DNA from: an uncultured Thermoleophilia bacterium
GTDB lineage: Bacteria > Actinomycetota > Thermoleophilia > UBA2241
NCBI GenBank assembly: GCA_963831295.1
Contig: CAWHPR010000003.1
Span: 387,746 to 451,745 of the forward strand
DNA: 64,000 nt
Reading direction: 5' to 3'
Position 1 is the first letter of the stretch. Every line of letters begins with the position of its first letter. This document shows positions 44,950-54,540 of this stretch, piece by piece. The position numbers were made by a program, and so were the translations under genes. The notes below the pieces were generated by a model. That model saw only the letters and a list, made by a program, of their open reading frames with translations, had not been told where the DNA came from and searched no databases.

Positions 44950-46164
44950 GTGGAGAGCGACGTACGCATCGAGTTCCTGAGTGCCATGGCCGGCGCGCTC
45001 ACGCGGTACGGCCTGAATGCCGACGCGACCGAACGCGGTCTGGGGGACGCCGCCGCCGCTCTCGGGCTGCGCGCCGGGTTCCACGTGACGCCGACCTCGA
45101 TCATGGCCTCGTTCGGGGTCCCCGGGCGGCAGCGCGTGGTGCTGCTCCGTACCCACGAGGCGAGCATCGACCTGCAGAGCCTCTCGCTGGTGTCGGGCGT
45201 GCTCGACGGCGTCACGGCACGCCGGCTGACCGCCGAGCAGGCGCTCGCCGAGCTCAACCTGATCACCCGGTCCCCAGTGCGGTTCCCGTGGTTCATGGGC
45301 GTGCTCGCCTCGGGGGTCGGGGCGATGGCCTTCGCGCTGCTGCTCAGCGGCAGCTGGGTCGACGCCGCCGTGGCGGCGGAGGTCGGGCTCGCCGTCGGTG
45401 TGATGATCGTGCTCGGGCGGCGCTACAGCCGGCTCGCTCGCCTCACCGAGTTGCTCGCCGGTCTGCTCGCCGCCCTGCTCGCGCTGGCCGCCGGCCACCT
45501 CGTGCCCGAGATCAGGCCGGCCAATGTCGCCCTCGCCAGCGTGATCCTGCTTCTGCCGGGCCTCGGCATCACACTCGGTGTCGCCGAGGTCGCAGCCCGC
45601 CATCTGACGGCCGGCACGGCGCGCCTCGCCGGTGCGATGATGACCCTCCTCAACCTGAGCATCGGCTCGTTTCTGGGCTTCAGGGTGATGGCGGATCTCG
45701 ACCTGGTGCCGATCACGAGCGCGCCCGGTCGCCCTGCCACTATCGGTATGCTCATCGCCGCCGCCGCTCTCTCCAGCGTCGCGCTCCTGATCTCCACCAA
45801 CTCGCGGATGGCCGACGTGTGGCTCGTCGGGATCTCGGTGGTGATCGCCCTGATCGGCGCGCGGTTCGGGGCGTGGCTTCTCGGGGCGACGCTCGGCGTC
45901 GCGCTCGCCAGCCTGATGCTCGGCCTCTGGAGCAACGCCTACGCGCGCCTCTCCCGGCGGCCGGCGGCGCTCGCTTTGCTCCCTGGCCTCGCCGTGCTGG
46001 TGCCCGGCTCGCTCGGGCAGCGCGGTGTCTCGGCCGCCCTCATGGGGGCGAGCGCCGGGGTCGAACTCCTGGTCGCGGCGCTCGTGATCGCCGCGGGCCT
46101 CGTGGTCGGGCTTCTGGTGGCCGACGCGACCCTGGCGCCGTCGGGCGGGTACGAGGACGCCTGA
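44950..46164 (+). CDS. ThrE-family (DUF1212/DUF3815) putative threonine/serine exporter, intact
   Basis: 404-aa ORF. N-terminal soluble part: FLSAMAGALTRYGLNADATERGLGDAAAALGL.., followed by ~10 hydrophobic helices. Confidence 0.7.
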   Translation: MESDVRIEFLSAMAGALTRYGLNADATERGLGDAAAALGLRAGFHVTPTSIMASFGVPGRQRVVLLRTHEASIDLQSLSLVSGVLDGVTARRLTAEQALAELNLITRSPVRFPWFMGVLASGVGAMAFALLLSGSWVDAAVAAEVGLAVGVMIVLGRRYSRLARLTELLAGLLAALLALAAGHLVPEIRPANVALASVILLLPGLGITLGVAEVAARHLTAGTARLAGAMMTLLNLSIGSFLGFRVMADLDLVPITSAPGRPATIGMLIAAAALSSVALLISTNSRMADVWLVGISVVIALIGARFGAWLLGATLGVALASLMLGLWSNAYARLSRRPAALALLPGLAVLVPGSLGQRGVSAALMGASAGVELLVAALVIAAGLVVGLLVADATLAPSGGYEDA

Positions 46165-46222
46165 CCTACATCGCGGCGGGGTCCTCCTCGGCCGCTCCCG
46201 ACAGCACAGGTCGAGGCTCCCG

Positions 46223-46924
46223 CTACTCCTGCGCGATCCGCTGCAGCTTCTCGAAGCTCAGGATCTCGATGAGCTCGTGGTCGCCGCTCAGGCGCAGCAC
46301 CTCGCCGCGCTTCAGGCGATCGAAAGTGCGGCTCAGGGTCTCGGGGACGGTGCCGAGGCGCGCCGCCAGCTCGCGCTTGGTGGTCGGCAGACGGACCACC
46401 CGCGGTCCCGCGCGGCCGTGGGACGCCACCGCCGGCTCGAGCTGCTCGTCGGCGAGCTCGAGCAGATACCGCGCCAGGCGCGCGGGCACCGGCAGAAGCA
46501 GCTCTTCGACGCGACGGTTGAGCAGCACCAGCAGGCGCGCCATCGCGGCGATCAGGTTGACGGCGATCTCCGGGCACTCGAGGCAGACGGCGAGGAAGTC
46601 GTCGGTGCCGAAGCGCAGGAGGCGACTCGGCGCCATCGCCTCGGCGCTGGACGGGTACGTCTCGTGGAAGAGGACGGACTCGCCGAAGGTCTCGCCGGCG
46701 TCGACGTGCCGCAGGGTGGCCGTGCGCCCGTCGCGGAAGGACTTGTGGACCTTGATCCGGCCTTCGGCGACGAGGAACAGGGCCTCGGCGGCATCGCCTT
46801 GAGTGAAGACGGGCTGTCCCGCGGGCAGGTCGCGCGGCTGTGCGATCGACGCCAGGCGCTCGAGCTGCTCCTCGGGCAGACTGCCGAAGAGGCGGGCGGC
46901 GCGGAGATCGTCGACGGTGCTCAC
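46223..46924 (-). CDS. Crp/Fnr family transcriptional regulator (cNMP-binding-like domain + HTH)
   Basis: LFGSLPEEQLERLASIAQPRDLPAGQPVFTQGDAAEALFLVAEGRIKV.., then ..LPTTKRELAARLGTVPETLSRTFDRLKRGEVL. GTG 46924 overlaps the stop of the upstream polyferredoxin gene (GTGA). An alternative ATG is at 46969. Confidence 0.85.
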   Translation of the reverse strand: MSTVDDLRAARLFGSLPEEQLERLASIAQPRDLPAGQPVFTQGDAAEALFLVAEGRIKVHKSFRDGRTATLRHVDAGETFGESVLFHETYPSSAEAMAPSRLLRFGTDDFLAVCLECPEIAVNLIAAMARLLVLLNRRVEELLLPVPARLARYLLELADEQLEPAVASHGRAGPRVVRLPTTKRELAARLGTVPETLSRTFDRLKRGEVLRLSGDHELIEILSFEKLQRIAQE

Positions 46925-48598
46925 GGCCGCCGCCGGACGACGATGGCCGACACGCCCTCGACGGGGCACTTCGTCTCACAGACGCCGCAGCCTATGCAGA
47001 GGTCGCCGACCACCTTCGGTCGCGCCACGCGCTCGAGGAGACCGTCCTGGGCGAGGCCATCGCCGAGAGCGTCCGCGCCGGTCTCGCCGAGGCCGTCCGT
47101 CCCCGAGTTGTCGAGGCAGGTCCCGTCGCCCTGCCCGAGTCGCCCTGCCCGAGTCCCTGCCCCTGACCTTGCCCACCCCCGCCGCCGCGCCCCTGTCCGG
47201 TCAGCCGGATCGCCTTGTCGGGCACGGGGCACATCTCCTGGCAGACGCTGCAGGGCGTGTTCTGCGCCCACGGCAGGCAGCGCGTCTGATCGATGATGGC
47301 AAGGCCGATCACCTGCCGGCGCTTCTCCTCGAGCGGGAGCGCCGGGATCGCCCCGGAGGGGCAGACCTCGCCGCAGGCGGCGCAACCGTAGTCGCAGTAG
47401 CCGATCCGGCGGGACCAGGACGGGTGTCCAGAACCCTCGATGCCCGGCCTGTCCGAGCGTGGGCTGCAAGCCCCGAGGTCGGGCAGACCTTCATGCACTC
47501 GCTGCAGCGCAGGCAGCGGGACAGGAACTCCGCTTCGTCGTCGACGCCCGGCGGCCGCAGCAGGCGCGGGTCGGCCTCGGCGCGGCGCACGCCCACCGGA
47601 GGAGGGCGCCGGCCGCGAGGCCGCCGGCGCCCGCGGCGATCACCGCGCGCCGGCCCCGGGTCGTACGTCGCGCCACGGCCCGCGCCTGCACGTCCCCGCC
47701 GATGCCCACCACGCCGGTGCTCGGGCAGCGCGACGAGGCAGTCGAGGCACATGGTGCACTCCGAGCTCGTGACACGCGCTCGTGCCTTCGCGGCAGCTCG
47801 ATCGCGCCGAGACGGCAGGAGTCGGCGCAGGGGCCGCAGCGGACGCAGCCGTCGCCGACGAGCGGCCGCAAGATCTGCACCTTGGCGATGAGCCCGAGCA
47901 GGGCGCCGAGCGGGCACAGGTAGCGGCACCAGAAGCGGTCGGCCAGCAGCGTTGAGGGCGACGACCGCGAGGAAGACGACGAGGAGGATCGAGCGGACTG
48001 CTCGAAGCGCGGCGGCGTGATCGGCAGCACGCTGCCGCGCAGATGTCGTGTCGACCCAGTCGACGACCGGGTCGAGCGCCGGCCACTGCAGGGCGATGCC
48101 GCTGCGCCTCGGTGACGAGGAAGTCGAAGGCCGGCAGCAGCGAGGCCGTGGCCGTCCGCGTGAGGATCGTGATCGGATCGAGCACGAGGAGGGTAGCACG
48201 CCGAACAGCCGCCATGCCCGGCGATCGCGAGCAGGAGCACGTACTTCGTGACGCGGAGGCGCGGCGGTAGGCGCGCCTCGAGCGCGCCGCGCCGTGCCGA
48301 AGCGGAACCAGCCGAGGAGCGTCCCCAGCGGGCAGATCCAGCCGCACCAGACACGACCGACGATGAGTGTGACGCCGATGGTGACGAGCCCCAGCGCGAG
48401 GCGGCCGAGCCACTCGCGCGCGGCGAGCATGGTGGCGAGGGCGGTCAGCGGGTCGAAGCGGAAGAAGAGGTCGGTCCACGGCAGCGGGTCGCGCCGCTGC
48501 AGGCCGCCGAAGAGCAGGACGATGAAGGCGGCGAGGGCAGCGACCTGAACGGCGCGGCGCACCAGGCGGAGTCTCCGCCACGTGCGATCGCCTCGCAT
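46921..48598 (-). CDS. Membrane-bound polyferredoxin (NapH/MauN/NosR-type TM region plus several 4Fe-4S motifs); at least 6 frameshifts
   Basis: The pieces are:
- AVQVAALAAFIVLLFGG..FRFDPLTALATMLA..GRVWCGWICPLGTLLGW
- LLVLDPITILTRTATASLLPAF
- ADRFWCRYLCPLGALLGLI..CVRCGPCADSCRLGAI
- CTMCLDCLVAC
- CLRCSECMKVCPTSG
- YCDYGCAACGEVCPSGAI..CSVCQEMCPV
- CIGCGVCETKCPVEGV..-stop at 46921. Confidence 0.65.
47125..47166. repeat. Short tandem repeat (14-nt unit, 2 perfect copies + 1 degenerate) inside the polyferredoxin gene
   Basis: gtcgccctgcccga gtcgccctgcccga gtccctgcccctga. On the coding strand it encodes a Gly/Gln-rich linker (..GQGQGQGLGQGDSGQGD..). Confidence 0.7.
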
Positions 48599-48800
48599 GC
48601 CGGCCCTCGTCCATCGACTCACCCTGCCTTGGCTGCCGCGCCACCGTGTCGGTCCACCGGCGTGTCGCGGAGCAGCGTCTCGCTGCTCCTCATGGTAGAG
48701 GCAGGCCGGCGTTCGCGCATCCCTTCAGGGCGAGTCGCAGTGACGAGAAGGGGGCGGGGCCGCAAAAGCCCGCCCGTCGCCTCACGATCGTGCGCGGTGC

Positions 48801-49250
48801 TCAGCCGAGAAGCGCACGGACCTGGGCGGCCGCGGCGCGCGCCTGTTGCGCCGACTTCTCGAACGACCCGGGCTGGGCGCCGAGGGCGTCCGCGGCGTGC
48901 GCGACGAAGGTCTCGTGATACGCGGCGATCGTGTCCTCGACCGCCGCCACTTGCTCGGCGGCCGCCGGCCAGGTGGTGGCCGGCTCGCCACCGAGCACGG
49001 CCGCGAACCCGGTCCCGTCGAGGCCGCGCAGGGCCTCGAGCGTCATCCCGTCGGCCTGCGGCCGGACCCTCGTCAGCTTCTCGACGCGGTCGTCGTGCGT
49101 GCAGACGAGCTCCTCGAGCTTCGCCTGCCATACCGCGTCCGGCGCGATCACCTCGGCCGCCGCGGCGGTGTCGGCTCCGGCCCGCTCGGCCTCGAGGGCG
49201 AAGCCGAAGGCGGACGCGAAGTCCACGATGCTGGGGAACTCGCGAGCCAC
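48801..49250 (-). CDS. Hypothetical protein (149 aa, predicted helical), intact
   Basis: The ORF has a normal amino-acid composition (MAREFPSIVDFASAFGFALEAERAG..LEELVCTHDDRVEKLTRV..AAYHETFVAHAADALG..). A GC hairpin lies downstream at ~48750-48776. I recognise no family. Confidence 0.55.
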   Translation of the reverse strand: MAREFPSIVDFASAFGFALEAERAGADTAAAAEVIAPDAVWQAKLEELVCTHDDRVEKLTRVRPQADGMTLEALRGLDGTGFAAVLGGEPATTWPAAAEQVAAVEDTIAAYHETFVAHAADALGAQPGSFEKSAQQARAAAAQVRALLG

Positions 49251-49399
49251 TCTGATCTCCTCTGCCTGTGCGTTGGCTGGTCGGTCAGCACTCTACCCAT
49301 CGCGGCCGGAGACGAAGAGAGGGGGAGGGCAGGTCCTCTCGGACCTGCCCTCCCCCTCGAGCGTGCGGGAAGTGGCGGCGTGCTCGTGCCGTCAGCCTC

Positions 49400-50921
49400 T
49401 TACCACTGCTTGTTGACGGTGCCCTCCCAGGTGCCGACCTTCTTCTCCTTCTTCTCCGCCTCGGTGAACCAGCGCGAGGTGACGCACTTGCTCTCGGTGA
49501 AGAAGCGGATGCCGTCGAGGCCGAACACGTGGCTCTCGCCGAAGAACGAGTCCTTGTGGCCGGCGAACGGGAAGAAGCTCACCGGCACCGGGATGCCGAC
49601 GTTGATGCCGACCATGCCGGCGTGCGTGCGCTTGGCGAACTCACGCGCGTAGTAGCCGCTCTCGGTGAAGATGCAGGAGCCGTTGGCGAAGCGGCTGTCG
49701 TTCATGATCGTGATGCCCTCTTCGAAGTCCTCGACGCGCTTGATCCCGAGCACCGGGCCGAAGATCTCCTCGCGGCCGATCTCCATGTCTTCGGTCACGT
49801 TGTCGAAGATCGTGGGGCCGACGAAGAAGCCGTTCTCGAAGCCGGGGACGACGAGGTCGCGGCCGTCGAGGATGAGCTCCGCGCCTTCCTCGACGCCCTT
49901 GTCGATCCAGCCCTTGACGAAGGCCTGGTGACTCGGCCGAGACGACCGGGCCGAGCTCGGTCTTGGGATCGTACGAGCAGCCGACGACGCGCTGCTCGGC
50001 GAACTTCATCATGTAGCCGATGAACTCGTCGGCGATAGTTCTCGACCACGATCACGGGCAGCGCCATGCAGCGCATGCCGGCGCAGCCGAAGGTCGAGTT
50101 GATGATGCCGGCGGCGGCGCGCTCGAGCGAGGCGTCGGCGAGCACGAGGCCGTGGTTCTTGGCCTCGGTCTGGGCCTGGACGCGCTTGCCGTGGGCGGCA
50201 GCCAGCGAGTAGACGTGCTTGCCGACGCTGGTCGAGCCGACGAAGCTCACGCCGCGCACCAGCGGATGGGTCATCATGAGCTCGGCCTCGGTGCGCGAGC
50301 AGGTCACGACGTTGACGACGCCCTTGGGCAGGCCGGCCTCGTAGAGCAGCTCGAGCAGGCGCATGCCGGTCGTCGGCACCATGCTGGCCAGCTTCAGGAC
50401 GAGGGTGTTGCCGGTGACGATGCAGAGCGGCAGCATCCAGCCGAAGGGGATCATGCCGGGGAAGTTGAACGGCGCGATGCCGGCGAACACGCCGATCGGC
50501 TCGCGGTAGCTCACGGTGTCGTGCCCGGTGGACACGTTCATGAGCGACTCGCCCTTCATGGTCATCGGGGCGGAGACGCCGACCTCGCAGCCCTCGATGA
50601 TCTTGATGACCTCGCCGCGCGCCTCGTCGAGGTTCTTGCCGAGCTCGCGCGAGCAGAGATACGTGATCTCCTCGGCGTGCTCCTCGAGCAGGGCCTTCCA
50701 GCGGTAGAGCACCTGGGTGCGCTTCTGGATCGGCGTCGTCGACCAGGTCTGGAACGCCTTGTGGGCGCTCTCGATGGCGGCCTCGACCTCTGCGGCCGTG
50801 CAGCACGGCGCCTCGGCGAACACCTCGCCGGTGGACGAGTCGGTGACCGGCATGTACTTGTCGGTCTCGACTCGCGCCACTCGCCGTCGATGCAGTACTT
50901 CAGCGTCTTCACTTCTGCCAT
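49400..50921 (-). CDS. mmsA: Methylmalonate-semialdehyde dehydrogenase (CoA-acylating), ALDH family; 3 frameshifts (near 50880, 50030 and 49930)
   Basis: MAEVKTLKYCIDGEW.., ..VFAGIAPFNFPGMIPFWM.., ..VSFVGSTSVG.., ..EAKNHGLV.., ..FGCAGMRCMALP.., ..GREEIFGPVLGI.., ..GINVGIPVPVSFFPFAGHKDSFFGESHVFGLDGIRFFTESKCVTSRW. GAGAGGA precedes ATG 50921. Confidence 0.85.
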
Positions 50922-51456
50922 CTCGTTCCTCTCGTATCGTCCGTCTTCACGTCGCCGTGAAGCGGCACGGGGCCGGACATTCTCCTTCGAACAGACAGGC
51001 ATCGCCTCGACGTGTCTTTCGGGAGCCTGGCATCGGTTTCAGTGGACGACCGATGGACAGGTCGGGGCGCGGAACTGCGTGTCGCATGCGTTCGTGCACC
51101 GGGCATGGTCTGCCGGGCGCCGCACGCCGTTACCACCTCCCACCGGGGCTCGGATTCGGAGGAGCACTACGAGAGCCTTGACTCCATCTTCTGCGCAGCG
51201 CGAGCGCTCCGGGCGGAGCGCCGCAGGCGAATAGTGTACGTGCGCGCGCGAGCCGCGTAAACCCCGCGGTAGAGAAAAGTGCGGCGTTCGTCGCCGTCGC
51301 CTGCCCAAACGGCGAAAATCGTAGCGACCGGGAAGCTCGTCGGGTGAAGGCGCGCGCCAGCGCCGGCTGCTGCCACGTCGGGTCACGTGTGGGCGGTGGC
51401 GCCGGGTCGCGCGGGCGTCAGGTCGCCGCGTCGGCGCCGGCGCGGCGCGGAGAGGC

Positions 51457-51948
51457 CTAGCGATAGTTGACGAACTGCAGAGGCTGGCCGAAATCCTGGT
51501 CCCTGAGGAGCGACATCACGGCCTGCAGGTCATCCTTGCTCTTGGCGTACACGCGCAGGCTGTCGCCCTGGATGACCACTTTCACGCGCTTGAACTCCTT
51601 GCGGATGAGCTTGTTCATCGCCTTGGCCTTCTCGTCGGGGATGCCGGCGGCGAGCGTGACCGTCTGGCGGACGGTGCCGCCGAGCGCGCTCTCGATCTTC
51701 TCGTACTGCAGCGCCTTGAGCGGCACCTTGCGCCGCACGAGCTTCGCCTCGAGCACGTCGATCACCGACCTCAGCTTGCCCTCGTCATCGCTGACGAGGA
51801 CGAGGCTGTGCTCCTCAAGGGCGACACTGCTCACCGATCCCTTGAAGTCGAAGCGTGAGGCGAGCTCCTTCTGTGTCATCTGCACGGCGTTGCGGACCTC
51901 GTTCATGTCGACCTGGCTGACCACGTCGAAGGACGATTCAGCGGCCAT
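51457..51948 (-). CDS. yajQ: YajQ family nucleotide / cyclic-di-GMP-binding protein (UPF0234), intact
   Basis: MAAESSFDVVSQVDMNEVRNAVQMTQKELASRFDFKGS.. ..VVIQGDSLRVYAKSKDDLQAVMSLLRDQDFGQPLQFVNYR. Confidence 0.85.
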   Translation of the reverse strand: MAAESSFDVVSQVDMNEVRNAVQMTQKELASRFDFKGSVSSVALEEHSLVLVSDDEGKLRSVIDVLEAKLVRRKVPLKALQYEKIESALGGTVRQTVTLAAGIPDEKAKAMNKLIRKEFKRVKVVIQGDSLRVYAKSKDDLQAVMSLLRDQDFGQPLQFVNYR

Positions 51949-51978
51949 GGGTACCTCCCTCGTTCGGCGCAGTGTGGC

Positions 51979-52747
51979 TCACGTGACCGCGTGGGCGCCG
52001 GCGTCGACGTGCACGACCTCGCCGGTGATGGCGCGCGCGAAGTCGCTGAGCAGGAAGACGCTGGCGTCGGCGACCTCGTCGGCGGTCACGTTGCGGCGGA
52101 GCGGCGCGTGGCTCGCGAGCAGGTCGAGCATGCCGCTGAAGTCCTTGATGGTACGGGCCGCCACGGTGGCGATGGGGCCGGCCGAGACGGCGTTCACGCG
52201 GACGCCGGCCGGTCCCAGATCGGCGGCCAGGTAGCGCACCGAGCTCTCGAGGCTGGCCTTGGCGGGTCCCATCACGTTGTAGTTCGGGACCACTCGCCAG
52301 GAGCCGGCGTAGGTCATCGTCACGATCGCGCCGCCGTTCGTCATGAGACGGCGCGCCTCGCGCGCGATCGCGATCAGCGAGTACGAGCTGATGTCGTTGG
52401 CCTGAGCGAAACCCGTGCGGGTGGTCTCGACGAAGCTGCCCTGCAGGTCCTCGGCCGGCGCCCAGGCGATGCTGTGGGCGATCCCGTGCAGGACCGGCAT
52501 GGTCTCGGCCAGCCGGTCGACGGCGCGTCGCACGGCGTCGTCGTCGGCCACGTCACACTCGATCATGGGCGCGCCGCCGAGCTCGTCCGCCAGCCGGGTG
52601 ACCCGTCCCTTGAGGCGCTCCGCTTGGTAGGTGAGGGCGACGCGGCCGCCCTCGCGGTGAATGGCCTCCGCGATCGCCCAGGCGATCGAGCGCTCGTTGG
52701 CAGCGCCCATGACGAGGATGTTCTTGTCCTGCAGCAGATCCGCTCAT
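51979..52747 (-). CDS. fabI: Enoyl-[acyl-carrier-protein] reductase (NADH) FabI; 1 frameshift just after the start (near 52738)
   Basis: ATG 52747 (MSG) is followed by a 1-nt shift into LLQDKNILVMGAANERSIAWAIA..HSIAWAP..MTYAGSWRVVPNYNVMGPAKASLESSVRYLAADLGPAGVRVNAVSAGPI. Confidence 0.85.
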
Positions 52748-52855
52748 GCGCCCCCGTCCATCCGTCCGACTCTCGCAGGAGTCCCCTCTCGAGAAGGAGG
52801 AGTCTACCAGCCGCCGCACCGACCGGGCGGCGCCTGTCGGCCACGCTCGTCCGGG

Positions 52856-53000
52856 TCAAAGCGCGAAGGGGTGAAGCTCCTCTGGCACGGCGGTCACGGC
52901 ACCCACGATCGTCAGGCCGGCCAGGAGACGTGCGCGTCTTCACGATGGGCCCCCTGTCGATGTGATGTCCTGCGCCGAACGACGTTGCTCGCTTGCTCAT
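52856..53000 (-). CDS. Possible small membrane protein translationally coupled to the anti-sigma gene (needs one frameshift)
   Basis: GAGGAGG lies 5 nt before ATG 53000. The sequence is MSKRATSFGAGHHIDRGPIVKTRT, then after a shift LLAGLTIVGAVTAVPEELHPFAL-stop (52856). In one frame the upstream gene ends in a TGA overlapping this ATG (ATGA). Confidence 0.25.
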
Positions 53001-53892
53001 CTGCGCCTCCTCGCGTGGCTGCGGTCCAGTCCGGAGACGCGCAGAGGCCGCCGGTTCGTCGGCCCGGCAGTAGGGCAGGAGCTCGTCGAGGTCGACGTCG
53101 GCCGGCAGCGGGCGCGCCACGACCTCGACGCCCTGATAGCCGAAGGCGATGAAGCCGGCCGGCCTGAGCTCTTGCAGCGCTTCGTCTCCGGGGGCGCTCG
53201 GGGCCGGTATCGGCGTCTCGCCGGCGGCGCCGACCGAGACGGATCCCAGCATGACGAGCGCCAGGGCGTCCATGGCGACCGGCTCGTCGATGACCTCGAG
53301 ATAGATGTCGTCGGTGACGAGGCCCTTGATCCGGCGGACCACGGTGAAGTGCTGCGTGCCGTCGCTGACCTCGCCGGCCCGGGCGACGAAGGCGGTCCGG
53401 TAGAGCTCGAGATCGGCGGCCAGCGCCTCGGCGCCGTAGGTCGCCTTCGAGGCGTCCGTTTCTGCTGTGGCCGCGCGGAGCGAGTCGGCGGACTCGGCCC
53501 CTCCGTCGCCGGCCATCTGCGAGTCGAGCGGGCCTGAGCGCAGGGCGAGGGCGCCGACGACGGCGACGGCGAGGATCGCGCCGAGGGCCGGCACGAGCAC
53601 GCGCCAGCGGCCGCGCGAGGGTCGGCGCTCGGGCGGCGGCGCGAAGAACGGGCGCAGCCCGTCCCAGCGCGCCGCCGCCGGGTCGGCGTACGTGTCGTCG
53701 GGCGCCGGGACGAGGCGCTCGAGGCCGCCCCCGACGTCGCCGAGGTCGGCTTGCAGCGCCTCCAGCCGGCGCCGCAGCTCTTCGTCGACGGCCAGCGCCG
53801 CCCGGAGCTCGGCGTCGTCCTCGAGCCCGAGGGCGAAGGCGAGCAGGCGGTCCTCGTCGAAGCGGTGCGTTCTTGTCCGGCAAGTCAGTCAT
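52997..53892 (-). CDS. Anti-sigma factor (single-pass membrane protein); frameshift near 53862, 3' end uncertain
   Basis: ATG 53892 overlaps the sigma gene end by 8 nt. MTDLPDKNAP is followed in the frame of ORF 52563..53600 by FDEDRLLAFALGLEDDAELRAALAVDEELRRRLEALQADL.., then the TM VLVPALGAILAVAVVGALAL, then an extracytoplasmic domain. Confidence 0.6.
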
Positions 53893-54421
53893 GGACGAAC
53901 CCGTGGGTCGTGAGCGCCGTGCGCAGCCGCTTCATCGCGGTGTGCAGGCGCGACTTGACGGTCCCGAGCGGCACCTCCTGGACGGCCGCGATCTCCTCGA
54001 GCGGCAGGTCGGCGAAGTAGCGCAGGGCGACGACCTCGCGGAGCTCCGGGGCGAGGTCCCCGAGCGCGGCCCGCAGCGCCGGATCGGCCGCGACCCGCGG
54101 CTCGTCGGCGTGCAGCCGCGCCGGCGCGACCTGCTCGAGCCGCTGCGCGAGGCCCTGCCGGGTGCGGCGACGTCGCCCGGCATCGCGTCCGGTGTTGAGG
54201 ATCAGCCGGTAGAACCAGCCGAGGAACACCTCCTCGGCGGGGAGGTCGGCTCTGAAGACCTTGATGAACGCTTCCTGCACGGTGTCGTCCACTTCGTCGC
54301 AGTATCCCTGGAGGAAGAGGATGCGGTGCACCTGCGGCGCGTACCGGCGAAAGAAGGCGGTGCGCGCCTCGGGCTGCGCCCGGCGGAGCCGGTCGACCAG
54401 GCCGGGGGGCAGCTCGTCGAT
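53885..54421 (-). CDS. ECF-type sigma-70 family RNA polymerase sigma factor (start codon uncertain)
   Basis: ..ELPPGLVDRLRRAQPEARTAFFRRYAPQVHRILFLQGYCDEVDDTVQEAFIKVFR.. ..LREVVALRYFADLPLEEIAAVQEVPLGTVKSRLHTAMKRLR. There is no ATG/GTG/TTG in frame upstream of MHRIL. An ATC codon (54421) lies 6 nt after GAGGAGG, and a TATACT hexamer lies ~60 nt upstream. Confidence 0.75.
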   Translation of the reverse strand: MDELPPGLVDRLRRAQPEARTAFFRRYAPQVHRILFLQGYCDEVDDTVQEAFIKVFRADLPAEEVFLGWFYRLILNTGRDAGRRRRTRQGLAQRLEQVAPARLHADEPRVAADPALRAALGDLAPELREVVALRYFADLPLEEIAAVQEVPLGTVKSRLHTAMKRLRTALTTHGFVHD

Positions 54422-54540
54422 CGTCGACCTCCTCAGAGAGAGACGCGTCTCGGGCGCCGGCGGTTCGCCGCCGCCGGCGTCAGTATAGCCGGGCGGCCGG
54501 AGGGTCGAGGCCCGGGCGGCACGAGGCCGAGCGCCGGCGG

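Noticed and set aside
46223-46924. Calling the Crp/Fnr regulator a CooA-type haem CO sensor because it lies near cooS.
   Set aside because: I cannot identify CooA-like haem ligands or an Fnr-like Cys cluster from the sequence alone. Only the family assignment and the nearby palindrome are supported.
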